A stretch of DNA of 64,000 nucleotides from Podarcis pityusensis. Lineage: Eukaryota. The number at the start of each line of letters is the position of its first letter. The first letter of the stretch is position 1. This document shows, piece after piece, positions 36,467 through 49,397 of the stretch. The position numbers and the translations under genes were made by a program. The notes beneath the pieces were generated by a model that was given only the letters and a program-made list of their open reading frames with translations, was not told the DNA's origin and ran no database searches. The DNA is taken from NCBI GenBank assembly GCA_964106645.2, contig OZ067040.1. The stretch is one strand, 5' to 3'.

Positions 36467-37068
36467 CAGTGGTACCTCGGGTTACCGGGGACACGGGTGG
36501 CACTGTGGGTAAAACCTCAGTGCCTAGGACTTGCCGATCATTAGGTCGGCGGTTCGAATCCCTGCGGCGGGGTGCGCTCCCGTTGCTCGGTCCCAGCGCC
36601 TGCCAACCTAGCAGTTCGAAAGCACCCCCGGGTGCAAGTAGATAAATAGGGACCGCTTACTAGCGGGAAGGTAAACGGCGTTTCCGTGTGCTGCGCTGGC
36701 TCGCCAGATGCAGCTTGTCACGCTGGCCACGTGACCCGGAAGTGTCTTCGGACAGCGCTGGGCCCCGGCCTCTTAAGCGAGATGGGCGCGCAACCCCAGA
36801 GTCGGACACGACTGGCCCGTACGGGCAGGGGTACCTTTACCTTTACTTTACCTCAGGTTACAGACGTTTCAGGTTACAGACTCCACTAACCCAGAAATAG
36901 TACCTCGGGTTAAGAACTTTGCTTCAGGATGAGAACAGAAATCGCATGGTGGCGGCGCAGTGGCAGTGGGAGGCCCCAGTAGCTAAAGTGGTACCTCAGG
37001 TTAAGAGCAGTTTCAGGTTAAGAACAGACCTCCAGAACGAATTAAGTTCTTAACCCAAGGTACCACTG
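36467..37068. mobile_element. TcMar (Tigger/pogo-like) MITE with a nested SINE
   Basis: TA|cagtggtacctcgggtta ... taacccaaggtaccactg|TA, with internal gtacctc(g/a)ggtta repeats. Confidence 0.88.
36486..36848 (+). mobile_element. Sauria SINE, full length, inserted in the MITE left TIR
   Basis: A and B boxes and an (ACCTTT)n tail. A 13-bp TSD tacctc(g/a)ggttac lies at 36473-36485 and 36849-36861. Confidence 0.95.
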
Positions 37069-39360
37069 TACAGTTCTGCTGCTGCCTATTTTGGTTTTCT
37101 CTCCCCAAAGAAAACCTGTAAGAAGGAAGCACACTGTCTCCCTTTTTCAAAAAGTAGCTAGGTCTATTAAAACTTGTGAAAAGTCAATGACATTTCCTCT
37201 GTCTCTTATTATCAAGCAACAGTAGCCTTCAAACATCTTAAATCGCCAAACCACAGGCAATTGTTTGAGCACTGAAGCAGCACAGGTTTTATAAACAGCA
37301 CCAAAATGGGGTTCCAGCGCTCTTAAGGAAAGGACCTTGTCTCTGTGAGCTGGCCTCACTATAGATGGCCATGGAATGAGGGGTGAGGCTTATCCGATTA
37401 GAAGCAAAACTGTTAGTATTCAGGACACATCACCAAGTACACATGACATGTCAGCTGTTTACACCCCCTCCAATTCTGCATCACATATTACTTTTAAAGA
37501 CAAACATGAAGTGACAGAAGCGTAGAAATATCTGTATCCCACACTCTGGGAACACAACAGCTTAAAAAAAGAACACCTCTACCCAGACTTGTCAGCTGAC
37601 AGTTTGCTTGCTGATGTGTTTCTTTTAAAGACATTTTCTGAGATGCCCCAATTTTAATAACTTCAGACAAGCAATAAAAGAAATATTTTCTGTAAAGTAG
37701 AATGGTAAACTCTAAAATTTAAGAATCACAAATGCTTCATTTTATGTACTCGTTCAAGCCTCCTGGGTCCCTAACTTCTTGAACAAAAGCATGGTTACAA
37801 AAGTGGCGTGCCACCCCACTCTCGGCCGAGCAATCTCAGGGGGTTCCAGGCACTCACCCAGGGTCTGTGTTCCTTTGGGGAATTGAGACACAGCGGAGGC
37901 TGTTATAGCTTTAAGAAATATGGTTTATTCACCTACTTACCTCTTCAGTCTGCATGGAGGGAGTCCAGATCTTACAGCATGGTCATTTCAAGAGGGGCTT
38001 GCCCCCCACAGCAGTGCAGCCATGGAGTTCAAGGCATCTCTCCCAGCCCTACCCAAAATGGATCACAGTCTTTTTTCTTCCTGTCACCTCACACCCAGTT
38101 ACCCTGGCTACCTTCCAAACCCCCAGTCTCTGTTCACACATCAGGGCAAAGGGGGAAGGTCAGTTCTCTTGCATTGCCAATGGCTCTCAATGGCCATGTA
38201 TTGTTTCTTAATAGCCCTACCATGACCAGATCATTGTTTTTTGCATGGGTTAACTCAGGAATTCCTCTGCAGCTTGTGTTTCTCCCTTCACATTCCAAAT
38301 AATCAAAATCCTACCATTTATTAATTTTTAGGGTTTAGGGGGGTCCCTCCAATTGATAACAGTATTTTCAACAACCCTCCATTCTACAGGGCATCACAAA
38401 AACAGGGGGAAATAGTGACATCTACTATTTGAAGGGGGGCATTTGTGTCTCTCTTAAAAAAGTGATTGGAAAGCTCTTTACAAATACAAAGCACTCTAAA
38501 ATGGAAGAAATAAAACATGGTTTCTCTCCATATGTATATATCTGCAATTGGCAGTGAAATACTTCAACAAGCAATTCTACCATAATTGGGGCACAATGTC
38601 ATATGTGCTGAATGTAGCTCCAATTGACTTTCCTTTCCAGCTGCAAAAAAAAAATTTAAAAAAATCCTCCATCAGCTTTGCTGTGCCCCTGGCCATGCTA
38701 TTCTACACAATCTCTACTGTTTACAGTAAGTCATCAGTTCTTTGTGTTGCCTTGCATTAGGGAATGTTCTTACAAAGACAGAACTCAAATTTGTTGGCAA
38801 GACAAGACCATCAAAAAAGAAACACTGGGAGGGTGTCTGAACTATTTTAGTCATTTCGGTGTGGGGAAATGTATTTATTTATTGTTTGTGGGCTTAAAAA
38901 GAGTACTTAAAAGGGAAAAAAATCCATACACGTGTCTAAAAATACAAACTATTTATATTACAGTACTAGGGAATCACAGAAAGATAGATAAAAACAAGCT
39001 AAAAAAGCTTGAAGGCTGCTGTTAAGATATCTATTTAAAGTAAATCAAAATCAAAACTAGGAATGGAGGAGAAATCAGTTGTAAAGGGATTTATACACAG
39101 AATTTAAGTGCCCGCTTTTGTCAAAATTGCTTGGGTGCTGCCTTTTAAAAATAAAGATTGCAAAATTGTATGCAAAGACACATACACATATACACACACA
39201 TACTACATATGAAAGAGTCAAGCCCCTTGTAGTAAGTACTGCAGCACAACTCTGTACGTATTAATACATAAATCTTTCTAAACAGTTGTATGCATTGTTG
39301 TATGTTTCCGTTTATGTGCTAGTTTCTTTAGGGAACCTGGAATATAAATGCTTATAGCAG

Positions 39361-40619
39361 GCACGCATACTTATGGTATGATAAAAAGTGGGTACATAAG
39401 GCTTTTGAAAACCACATATTTAGAGGATCTCTAATTGATGTTTGGAGTAGGTACAAAAATTTATTAGAGCCAAAGATTCCACACTGGTTATCACCATTAA
39501 AGGTTATGAGTGTTAAAAAGATAAATATGACGGTGAGATGGATAACATACGAGAAACTAATAAATAAAGATGGAAATAAGTGGAAACTGAAACCATATGA
39601 AGAAATAAAAGAATATGTGAATGATTGGCTGCATTACTTTCAGTTGAATGAAATGTTTAAAAAGGAGTTATTAGAAAGGGGATACTTGGAAAAAGAATCT
39701 AGATTCCAACAGGAAATTTTGAATAATGAAATGAAAACTTTATCTAAAATGTATAAATTACTGTTGGAATGGAATACAATTGATGAAGAGGTTAAATCAG
39801 TAATGATTAGGTGGGCTAAAGACTTTGGATACAATATTGAATTTGATGAATGGATTAAACTATGGAAGGATGGTTTAAAATTTACAGCATGTACTACGAT
39901 TAAGGAAAATGTTATGAAGATGATGTATAGATGGTACATAACACCAGTAAAATTGGGTAAAATGTATAAAGTTAGTAATAAATGTTGGAAGTGTCAGGAG
40001 ACAGAAGGAACATTTTACCATATGTGGTGGGAATGTAAGAAGGTGAAAAGTTTCTGGGAGATGATTTATAATGAGTTAAAGAAAATGTTGAAATATACAT
40101 TTGTTAAAAAACCAGAAGCTTTTCTATTGGGAATATTGGGTAATGAAATCAGTAAAAAAGATGTGAAATTAGTTTTATATGCAGTAACAGCAGCCAGAAT
40201 TTTGCTGGCGCAGAAATGGAAACTGGAAGAAATGCCCACGAGAGAAGAATGCAGAATGAAATTGATGGAATACGCAGAAATGGATAGATTAACGGGGAGA
40301 ATTAGGAACCAACGAGACCAGAGATTCACCGAAGACTGGAAGAAATTTATAGAGTATATCAAAAATGTTTGTGATGAACAAATAATATTTGTTGGCTTTC
40401 AAGAAGCTCTGTGAAAAACATTGATAGAAATATTGCATAAAAAATATGATGTGAGTAAGAATGTCAGAGGGCAATATAATATTTAGAACTGTGAGAGAAA
40501 GAGATAATACGGAGAATTGTCAGACATGCTGATGGAAGTCTAAAAGAATGATGAAGTGAGGATTGGATGTTTAATTTTGTACAAATTTATGTTGGAAAAA
40601 TTAATAAAAAATATATTTA
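39361..40619 (+). mobile_element. L1-clade LINE, 5'-truncated
   Basis: A 17-bp TSD ataaatgcttatagcag lies at 39344-39360 and 40620-40636. AATAAA and an A-rich tail end the element. Confidence 0.92.
39362..40414 (+). CDS. L1 ORF2 C-terminal fragment (open from the truncation point)
   Basis: HAYLWYDK..., KMMYRWYITP, the knuckle CWKC-x7-YHMWWEC, and AARILLAQKWK. Confidence 0.85.
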   Translation, partial: HAYLWYDKKWVHKAFENHIFRGSLIDVWSRYKNLLEPKIPHWLSPLKVMSVKKINMTVRWITYEKLINKDGNKWKLKPYEEIKEYVNDWLHYFQLNEMFKKELLERGYLEKESRFQQEILNNEMKTLSKMYKLLLEWNTIDEEVKSVMIRWAKDFGYNIEFDEWIKLWKDGLKFTACTTIKENVMKMMYRWYITPVKLGKMYKVSNKCWKCQETEGTFYHMWWECKKVKSFWEMIYNELKKMLKYTFVKKPEAFLLGILGNEISKKDVKLVLYAVTAARILLAQKWKLEEMPTREECRMKLMEYAEMDRLTGRIRNQRDQRFTEDWKKFIEYIKNVCDEQIIFVGFQEAL

Positions 40620-40633
40620 ATAAATGCTTATAG

Positions 40634-41080
40634 CAGTGGTTTTCAACCAGTGTGCTGTGGCACCCTGGGGTGCCTTGAATGATAGTCAGGGGTGCAGCGG
40701 GCAACACTGACCCCTGTTCCTCTTTCCTTCCCTCCCTTCCTCTGATGCCCTCTCACGTCTATGCCTCCCAAAGGCTTGCACAACTGTTTGTTGCAGCAGC
40801 CCTGGCTACAAGCTCCTCAGGTGAATGATGCTTCTGGGGCTGGCCAGGGGTTGCTTCCCAGGCCCCTGTGGAGGCAGCTGTGGCTGCCCAGAGGACTCCC
40901 AAGGAAAGGGGAGAGGAGATGAGGCTGAGGGAATGCTCCATAAGGGAGGGGTTCGAAAAGGGGCTGCTGGCTCAGCAGGTAAGAGGTGACATAACTGGAC
41001 TCTTGAGTCCCACAGGGGTGCCGCAAAAAGAATGTAGTTGGTCAAGGGAGCTGTGGACCCAAAAAGGTTGAAAACCTCTG
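40634..41080. mobile_element. hAT non-autonomous element
   Basis: TIRs cagtggttttcaacc / ggttgaaaacctctg. An 8-bp TSD gcttatag lies at 40626-40633 and 41081-41088. Confidence 0.9.
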
Positions 41081-44037
41081 GCTTATAGTATTATATGTAT
41101 AATACTGCATGTAATAAATGAAAATAGTTCATAATTTTAGAGGAACTTTTGGAAAAAAACTTGTTTCTTGTCAAGTTAAGAATTAGAAAACATCTGTGCA
41201 GAAAAGTTTGACACTGAGATTTTCAGAAAATCCCACCCCTAGTCAAAAACAATAGATACAGCACTGCAGCATAGACACTAGCACCTGAGCTTTTGTATTA
41301 ACTTGAGGAACATATATATTCCCATGGCATGGAGTGAAATCAAACATAACTTTACCATAATAAACAAGCAGTTGTGCAAGCTGCCGTGAAAGACTTAATT
41401 GCTATCAAATATGACATGCATTCTGACTTTTGCAGCCCCACCTACAACCTGTGAAATAGCATTCTTCATTAAAATTCTCAGAGTATAGGGGAAAGTTTTT
41501 AAATAGTCAAAGTATGGGGGGGGGGGGTTACCAGTAAAGGTGGAACTACAGAAACTTTTCCTATCAATTTCTTACTTTCTGTTTTTGTTGTTGTTGTAGC
41601 TATTTATTTATTTTCACAGAAATTTCCCCAGCCATTTGAAGCAGCTGAAAGCAGCTGATGGTGATGGCCAAATAGCCTTCCATTTTGCCCAGTAATGCAT
41701 CTGTTGGAACAATGTTGATCAGCCTGATCTGCTATCCTTCCCCCCAGCAATGCATCTGGAATGATGCTAAATCATGACATATCATCATTCCAGCTGACAC
41801 ACTGTAGAAAGAAAGAGCAACCTAGTCACCTGCAGTTTTTTTTCCCCCCAGCCAGGAAGTTTTCTGCAACATAAAATGTGTGGGCAGGAATGGAAGGAAA
41901 AGGAACTAGGCCATCCAAGGGTTGGGGGATTTTCTGTATCTCTCCCCCACAGCACCCACATTAGTTTTAAAAAATGTCCTGTTTTGAGGCTGTTTTTTGT
42001 TTTTTCCATCTCTGTATTCCCACCAAATATGAATAACTTTTACCATGCTTGGTAATTTATTCAGTTCCATTTTCCTCACTAGAAACAGATAGGGAAGGCC
42101 AGTATTAGTGTGCACGTTTTTAGTAACTTTACTGTGAAACGGGACCTTTCCAATAGCACAGACTTCTGGCCACTGATATGACCCACAATCTTGGTTCTGC
42201 CTACCTAATTTTAGTTTACAAAATCACAACAAGTTCACAATATGAAGTGTTCCAATGAGCTGTTTAAAGTGTCAGCCTGAAGCACTGATCTATGACATCA
42301 GTAGGTGTCATTCTGTTGCATGGGTAGAACCCAACTGGTGCTTTTGCACTCACAAAAGGGCTTTTGATCCAGTGGAGGCATCTACTAACGGTAGAGGATA
42401 GGGACAGTGGTACCATGTGTTATGGGGCAGAACTGTGAAGCTGTCTTCCCAACATCAGTATCCCTCTTGACTGAGGTGGGCCAGAAGCAACATCAACATT
42501 GGGACCATGCAGGTGCACCAGCAGGAGCACTGCTGCCAGTCTGACACTCCCATTACTGCACCTGCTTGGCACCAAGCTTGCTGCTGCTCCACCCCATGCC
42601 TGTCTGGGTAGGCAGCAGCAATTCCAGTGTCAGGAGATCAGCTCTATGGTTCCATCCTACTATATGTGCTGCTAGTGGAGAGGAGGCAACTTCTGCCAAT
42701 TACTCCTTCCACTCTGCTCTGTGGGTGGGGGGTTGTCCTTCAACTCTCTGGAGATTACTTTTGGAAAGTGCTTTGAATTGGGAAGGAGAAACCAACAGAA
42801 GCTGTGACAGATTTCTCCACACCTAAAGCAATGCATTGATTAATGTCAGAGTTTGCAGACCTGCACGGAACTAGTCTGCTTAAATCCCCGGAGAGAAAGG
42901 AATACTATAGCCGAGTACAACCCACTTGCGTAAACCCGGTCTGCTGAATGGGACCATAGTTCTTCCTTCATGGTTAATACTGTATGTTTGCTTCTGAGAG
43001 GCACTAAATGGAATCTCAGCCAAGGCTCCCCCCACCAAAAAACCCCTGCTCCTAGACCTTGAAAGCATTTCCCTTCATGTTTACTCTAGTTATTTATACA
43101 GACAACTTTTATAGTAAAAGGTCACTCACGTTACGAGTCATAGATATTTCAAAGGCAGAAAGCTTATCTGTGGTTGTTAGAACTGGCAGGCCTTTTCTTT
43201 AGCAAGAAGAAAACACCTTCAGTTATGTCAACAGGGTGAGCATGAACAAGTGCAATTAAAAAAAATAAATCCTCCGCTTTAATTTTAATGATGAAATTAT
43301 TAAACTTTCAGGTGTTAGCTGATATGTAAAGGTAATTAGAAATCACATAAATTTTTAGCAATATGGTAACAATTTCATACAGAACAACCAAAGCATCATG
43401 TTATGCCGTGCAGCAGTTCTGAGAAAATTTTAATCTAAAGGATATAGAGGCTTACCCAGGGGGTGGGGATTGTGAGGGGGTCAGGGGGGGGGAAATAATA
43501 TATTTCTGAGGATTGAAGAATCAGTGCTTTGAATATGGAAACCCAGGCTCTTTTTTGACTGTTTACACACAGGGTCATGCAAGCAACAATAATTTTAGCA
43601 AACAGAAAGCGACAGAATCCTTTCCTTCCCACGAGGGCAAAAAGGCTTGCGGGGCTCCTTTGTGCCCTTGTTTAATCTGTGACACTGCAATTAGAATTTG
43701 TCACTGTAGGAGCTACATCTGATGTTACAGCCTGAAGCACAGCTGAACCAAAATAAACAATCTGCTCCATTCTGCTTAGACTAATACGACAGTGATGTAG
43801 ACTCGAGAGCAGCAGAAACTGCCAAACAGGCTGCTGCACTACTCTTTTACACACACATACACACAGGTAGTGAAAATGCATACTACTAATGTTCACATGA
43901 GAATTAAAATCATCCCTGTTTGTTTTTTTTTATACTATATGGTCTGTGACCTACAAACCTTGGACAGCTCCCATGTGCCAGTCCCTGGGTGAACCTTCCT
44001 GGATTTTTATATTCAATCTTAGAGTGTTACACTAGAG

Positions 44038-44217
44038 CAGTGGTTCCCCGTTGGTGGTCTGAGGACTCCAGGGGGTCCACGTAACCCACCCAGGGGGGTC
44101 TGTGGCACTATTCACATAACAAAAGCTACCATAGCAATATGAATTTTTTAAAAAGTAGGGTCCATGGCTTGAGTTTCGTAAAACTGGGGGTCTGCAGTAC
44201 TTAACTGGGAACCACTG
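44038..44217. mobile_element. hAT MITE
   Basis: TIRs cagtggttccc / gggaaccactg. A perfect 8-bp TSD cactagag lies at 44030-44037 and 44218-44225. Confidence 0.92.
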
Positions 44218-44852
44218 CACTAGAGTGACAAAGGGGCAGAGCAGTTCACCGATTGTCCCAGTTTAATGCAATTTCCTTTCCCAAGAAACCCTCCAGTTTT
44301 TAGGAACTCTTTTATGTAGAAAAGCACTAAGTGACCTGAGTTGATCATGTGATTGTTAAAGTTCTATTTTATTGCTGAGGAATATTTGCATTGTTTTTCT
44401 GCTGCTCTTTGCACTGCTATTTGATTGTAAGTCTCTTGGTTTTTCTATTAAGGAGGTGTAGAAGAACAGAAAATAAACCAACAAATAAATAATGATGCTT
44501 TGTTTTTCCTTTCATAGCATTAGTGTCTGTTCCCACCAAAGGTTCCAGGGCTTTTGGTGAAAGCTATGGAGGGCATGTGCAAAGTGCCTTTCCTGACCAC
44601 TAAGTAATGACTAGCTTCAACACAGATCAGACAGACATGCCTTCTATGTCAGAGAGCGTGATCCTATCAGGCCTGAACTTCAGATGTTTAGATTTAGAAA
44701 TGAAGGTTGGAAACAAACAATGGGAACACGGGGACAGCATGGAAGCCAGTTTCTTTATGCTTCACAAAACCTGTGTAAACACTCACTGATCAAGGCTGCA
44801 ATCCTAAACAGATGTGCCAGAACTTATGCCATGCTGAACTCAGGGGGGATTA

Positions 44853-45314
44853 CCGTATTTTTCGTACCATAGGACGCTCCGTCCCATAGGACGCACCTAG
44901 TTTTTTGGGGGGGAAATAAAGGAAAAAAATTTTCCCTTTATTTCCCCCCCAAAACCAGGTCGGGGAAACCGAACCAGGTCGAGGAACAGCGGGATGGCGG
45001 CGCTGCGTCTCCCTGCTGTCCCCCGAGCTTGTGGGGCTGGCCGATGTCTGCCTGGCGCGAGGGGCGCTCTGCTTCAGGCGTCCCTCGTGCCGGGCGGCAG
45101 GCTGCTATCCGCAGCGTGGGGAGCCCTGCGGGGAACTCCTGCAGGGCTCCCCATGCTGCGGGTGTCTGCCCGGCGCGAGGGACGCTCTGCTTCAGGGTGC
45201 CCCTCGCTCCGGGCGGCAGGCTGCTATCCGCAGCGTAGACAGCCCTGCGGGACCTCCCGCAGGGCTGCCTAGGCTGCGGATGCATTCCCGAAGCGCCGGG
45301 CGCTCTGCTTTCAG
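44853..45314. mobile_element. One-ended TcMar (Tc2-like) element with a GC-rich 118-bp tandem hairpin array
   Basis: TA|ccgtatttttcg start and repeated ccataggacgc. Tandem units start at 45045, 45163 and ~45281. No matching right TIR was found. Confidence 0.7.
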
Positions 45315-46090
45315 AGTAGTCTCCTTGTATTTTTGCAAACCTCTGGTTTACCCCAAGTGTGTTTGTGTGTGGTGCCATTTGGCTGCATAAGGATTGGCAC
45401 TCCCCTATGGGCATCGCTATTCAAAGGTATTATGACTGACCACTGAAGAAGTAACATCCAAATTCTCTAAGCTGTACATTATTTAAGTTTTCATAATTCC
45501 CTATAAGTGACCTCAACCCCGACCTGCAAATTTATCAGCTGTTAGAAAGCATGGTGTTCTTCTATAGGAAGGCGCCACCTTATCTCATGTGACACTGCCC
45601 CCCCAAACCAAATCAAGTACATCAGCATAACCAGTGTTCGAAACATATCTCAAAAACAGCTAATCTCAATTTGCATTTGTTTTCCTGCACGCTCTCTCTC
45701 TCTCTCTCTCTTTACCCTTAGGCTGCCACGCTTTTCTGCTTCTATCATTCTGACAGCCAGAAGCTAGAGGTTTTACTTTTGTCCCCTGCGCTTCATAGTG
45801 AATGTATATCAGACACAAAGCAAGCAGGACAGAGCTCTGAACTGTCAGTTTGACTATGTCATGGGAACAGAGCAGGAGAGAGGCAGCCCATATGAATCTC
45901 AACTTGATGGGTTTTATTAGAATAGCCTTTTCCCCTCTCCCTTGTGTCATTATAACAAAGGTGTCAGCTTTGGAATGTCCTCAATTCCAGTGTCAAGCAG
46001 GGAGCTGCTTCTCACATCACTTTGAAAAAGACCTGTAAGGTCAGAACTGCAACATTCACAATTCCTTTGGAAAGAATATGAAACAAGAGG

Positions 46091-46229
46091 CAGGGCGGCC
46101 AAGCTGCCCCCCCCCCCCAGTTATTGTTGGACTACGACTCCCATCATCCCTGACCACTGGCCATATTGACTGAGGCTGATGGGAACTGAAGCCCAACAAC
46201 ATATAGAAGGCTATATATTGGCTACTCCA
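46091..46229. mobile_element. Palindromic hAT-like MITE, older copy of the 60798 family
   Basis: Core tgttggactacgactcccatcatccctgaccactggcc...gctgatgggaact...ccaaca. Confidence 0.65.
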
Positions 46230-47021
46230 ATGAGAAACACTCTGGAAGTATCTTTTAAGGCTGTGGTTAATTTCAAGCATTGCTTTTTCTCACAGAGATC
46301 GTTTATCAGCATCCTATCAGGTCACCTCCTCCCCCAAGCTGACTCTTGATGTGTTAGAACACAAAATATTACAACAACAAATCATTATGTAAAACACAAG
46401 ACCTCTACATATAAAATAGCAGCACTAGCAGTCTCAGCAAACTAGAACACACTTCGGAACATTAAAATGTTTACTAGATTATTTTTTTAAGTGTTCAGGT
46501 AGATACAACTGGCTCCTTTTCTGCTGGTTATTTAGGAGGTGAGAATTTCAAAGTGATGAGATCACTACAAGCATGGTTAAACTTTGTAGCAGACACGAAT
46601 TATGTATGCAGTAACCTGTGGATGGCAATACAAGTGTCCTCTCACAGTATTCAAGATATGGGTCAGCAAGCATCCACATGTTCCAGCTTCCTCAAAAAGA
46701 TGTTCAGAACACCATGCAAACCTTCTTTGGGGACAAGTATTGTGTGAAGGCTGTGCCTCGTCAAGGTGGCTGTGCACATTCCCTATACCATATACTTAAA
46801 ACAGAGCATTGGGGCTGAAAGGCCAAGGGAAAGTTGTTGCTTCCACTTTCACTGCAGCATTGTTACCTGACAACCCTAAGTGGGCAGCAAAGGTGAAAAG
46901 TGAGGGTTGGGTCTGACTTTCACATATAGGCACACCTGTGCTTGAGTTTCTAGTAATCTTACTGTGTTTTACAAATCCAATATGACGTGTTCAGGCAATG
47001 TGACTCCTTAAAGTAGACCCT

Positions 47022-47046
47022 TCTTTCTTTCTTTCTTTCTTTCTTT
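47022..47046. repeat. (CTTT)n microsatellite
   Basis: About 6 units. Confidence 0.85.
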
Positions 47047-49262
47047 GTTTAGTTTGCGGGGGGAGGGAGGTAGTATTCATTAGGTTTAGAAGAATCCAAA
47101 ATGAACAGAGTTTCTAGTCCCTTAAGAATGAGCAAACTACACCTGTGGAACTTCCATCAGACAGAGTTGTTAAAGAAACAAGAACTCTATATCTATTTTG
47201 AAATAAAGCATCTCACCATAGCCAGAAGCCTTTCTGTGTTTTTGGATACTATTTCTCCCGTTAGTACAATGGTATTCCCAAGCACTGAAGTTGACAGAAA
47301 CATTAAATTCTACCTCTAGATGGGGCTAATGTCCAAAAGACATTGTCCTGTTTTATTTTTTAATAAGAAAAATGCAATTCACCAAGGAACCTGAAATCAA
47401 ACATCATGGGTTTGTGAAATATTTTAACCTCGCTATACTTTTAATGCATATTACCTCTGCTCCTCATAGTTGACAGAGCATGAAGTTAATGTCAGATAAT
47501 TCAATTATTCCCTGTTCTCTTTCTTTCCTCAACATTCGGCCCAAACATTTAAAGGATGCTGCTGAAGTTAACTGAAGAACATGTCTAAAAAACAACTATC
47601 AGAAAACAGCAGTGATTTGTATTTCATGAAGCGATCAGCAGTTAAATCAGAAAATAGCCAGGAAGAAGAATATTTTAAAAAAACTGGGAATAATGGGGAT
47701 TGGAATTTATTATATGTGGTTATAAAGAGAGATTTCTATTTAAAAAACCTATTATTAAGCATATTGTAAGTTGAGTTTTTTTTGAGTTTCTGTGGGATGT
47801 TTATATTTACATTTATATTTTTGTGGTATATTTATGACATATGCAGTATTGTATTCAAGGAAGGAAGAGACATTAGTGAGATTCAACTTGAATCAGGATG
47901 TTTCTAATAAGCTCATTATGCATGTAAATTGATAGAAGCATATTTAAAGAAGTGAAGAAACAGCAAATATCTCAGCTTGCTTTTCATTAGGGGTCATTCA
48001 CATATCATTGAGGTCCAAGTCCCATCAGGGAGCCTGCACCATGGCCAATCACTGGAGCCCTATGGCCTTCTTCCTTCTCACTGTGATCACTGCCTGTTCA
48101 TAATATGCCTTCTTCAAGCAATGAGAAGTATTCATAGAAGGAGCAGTGATGTTTGCACACCTTGCCTTCTTCTCCCACTGGGAGAAGCAAATAAATGGAT
48201 GAGGTGAACTTCCCCAAGAAGTGGGACCCACGGAGAGCAGTTTGCCCAAGGGCCATCCAAAGCCTGGAACTGGCAGCAATTTCACATGCAAAGTGTATTA
48301 CCATTTTTGTCATGCTTGTGCTCACAGCAAAGTGGAGAGCTGGACTCCAAAGCAAGGCTAAGTGTGCTTCCAGGCGATCACTATTTTCAGATGGGTTTCA
48401 ATCACAAGCTAGCAAAATTCAGGTTGGGGAATTAAAGTTGATTTGCAGCTCTTATGCAAGAAGCTGGCTTTCCCCAAAGAAGGGGGCTTTTGTCATCAGG
48501 GGAGAGACAGGAAAAGGCACTGGGAAGTGTGGGAGGCAGCATCATCTGACTTCCCTGCAAACAAACCAGACTAAATGCTGAATAAATACCCAACGTTGTC
48601 TAGCTTTCCACAAACTTTGTGCAAACAAATCAGTATGAATGCTCAGAAAACAGATCACCTGAGGAGCTGGGATGGAGAAACAAGCAGTTTGCACTAATGA
48701 AACTATGGTTAAAGTGTGACATGAACACAAGTGGATTGGCTTGCCTATCCATTGAACAGTGTTCCTTTTCAGACAGCAAGGTTGTACCTAATCACATCTG
48801 TGCATTTTTCTGCAAGACCCTGGGTGAGTAACAGGGAACTCGGTAAAGAGGCAGCTGTGGGGATCCAAGAGCCAAGCTCTTGTCTTAGCCTGCTCAAGGC
48901 AACCTGCTTGGCTCACACCATAACTGATCAGAGGCACTTGCTGCTATGAGTATTTATTTTCAATTAGTCATGACATCATATTCTGCTGCTCAGAAAAAGG
49001 GGATGGAGAAATCCAAAGGCACAGTTGATATTTGGATTCCAGATGCTGACTTTGGCAAGGTTGCCAGTGATGGGTTATGCCAGCAGGAGTTTTCTTGTTC
49101 CTCTGGACCAGTTAAAAATCCCATGATTTCCTTATCTTGTAAAAAATTAATTATTTACCTAGAAGAATATGTTATCAGCTAATCTTCCCCCTCCTCATTA
49201 CCCACCATCACCATTATACAAAATGTACGGTAGTCATAAAGAAGTTTCCAGTATCTCTGTAT

Positions 49263-49397
49263 GACAGCCTTCCTCAACTTGATGCTCTCCAGATGTTCTT
49301 AGATTGCAGATCCTATCATTTCTATTAGGAAATGCTGGCTTTGGCTAATGGGAGTTGAGAACCCAACAACAGGTCCCCCAGATATGGGGAAACTACT
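49263..49397. mobile_element. Decayed copy of the 60798 MITE family
   Basis: cttcctcaac...ctccagatgtt...atcat...atgggagttg...ggggaaa. Confidence 0.5.

Noticed and set aside
36487-36565. tRNA gene
   Set aside because: The A and B boxes belong to a SINE head. There is no cloverleaf, and the SINE body follows.
43140-43430. Possible conserved non-coding enhancer (AT-rich, TAAT motifs); similar impression at ~2380-2760 and ~10760-10950
   Set aside because: Conservation cannot be judged without a multi-species alignment.
44938-45414. GC-rich repetitive ORFs or a host CpG-island promoter
   Set aside because: Explained by the tandem hairpin array inside a TcMar element.
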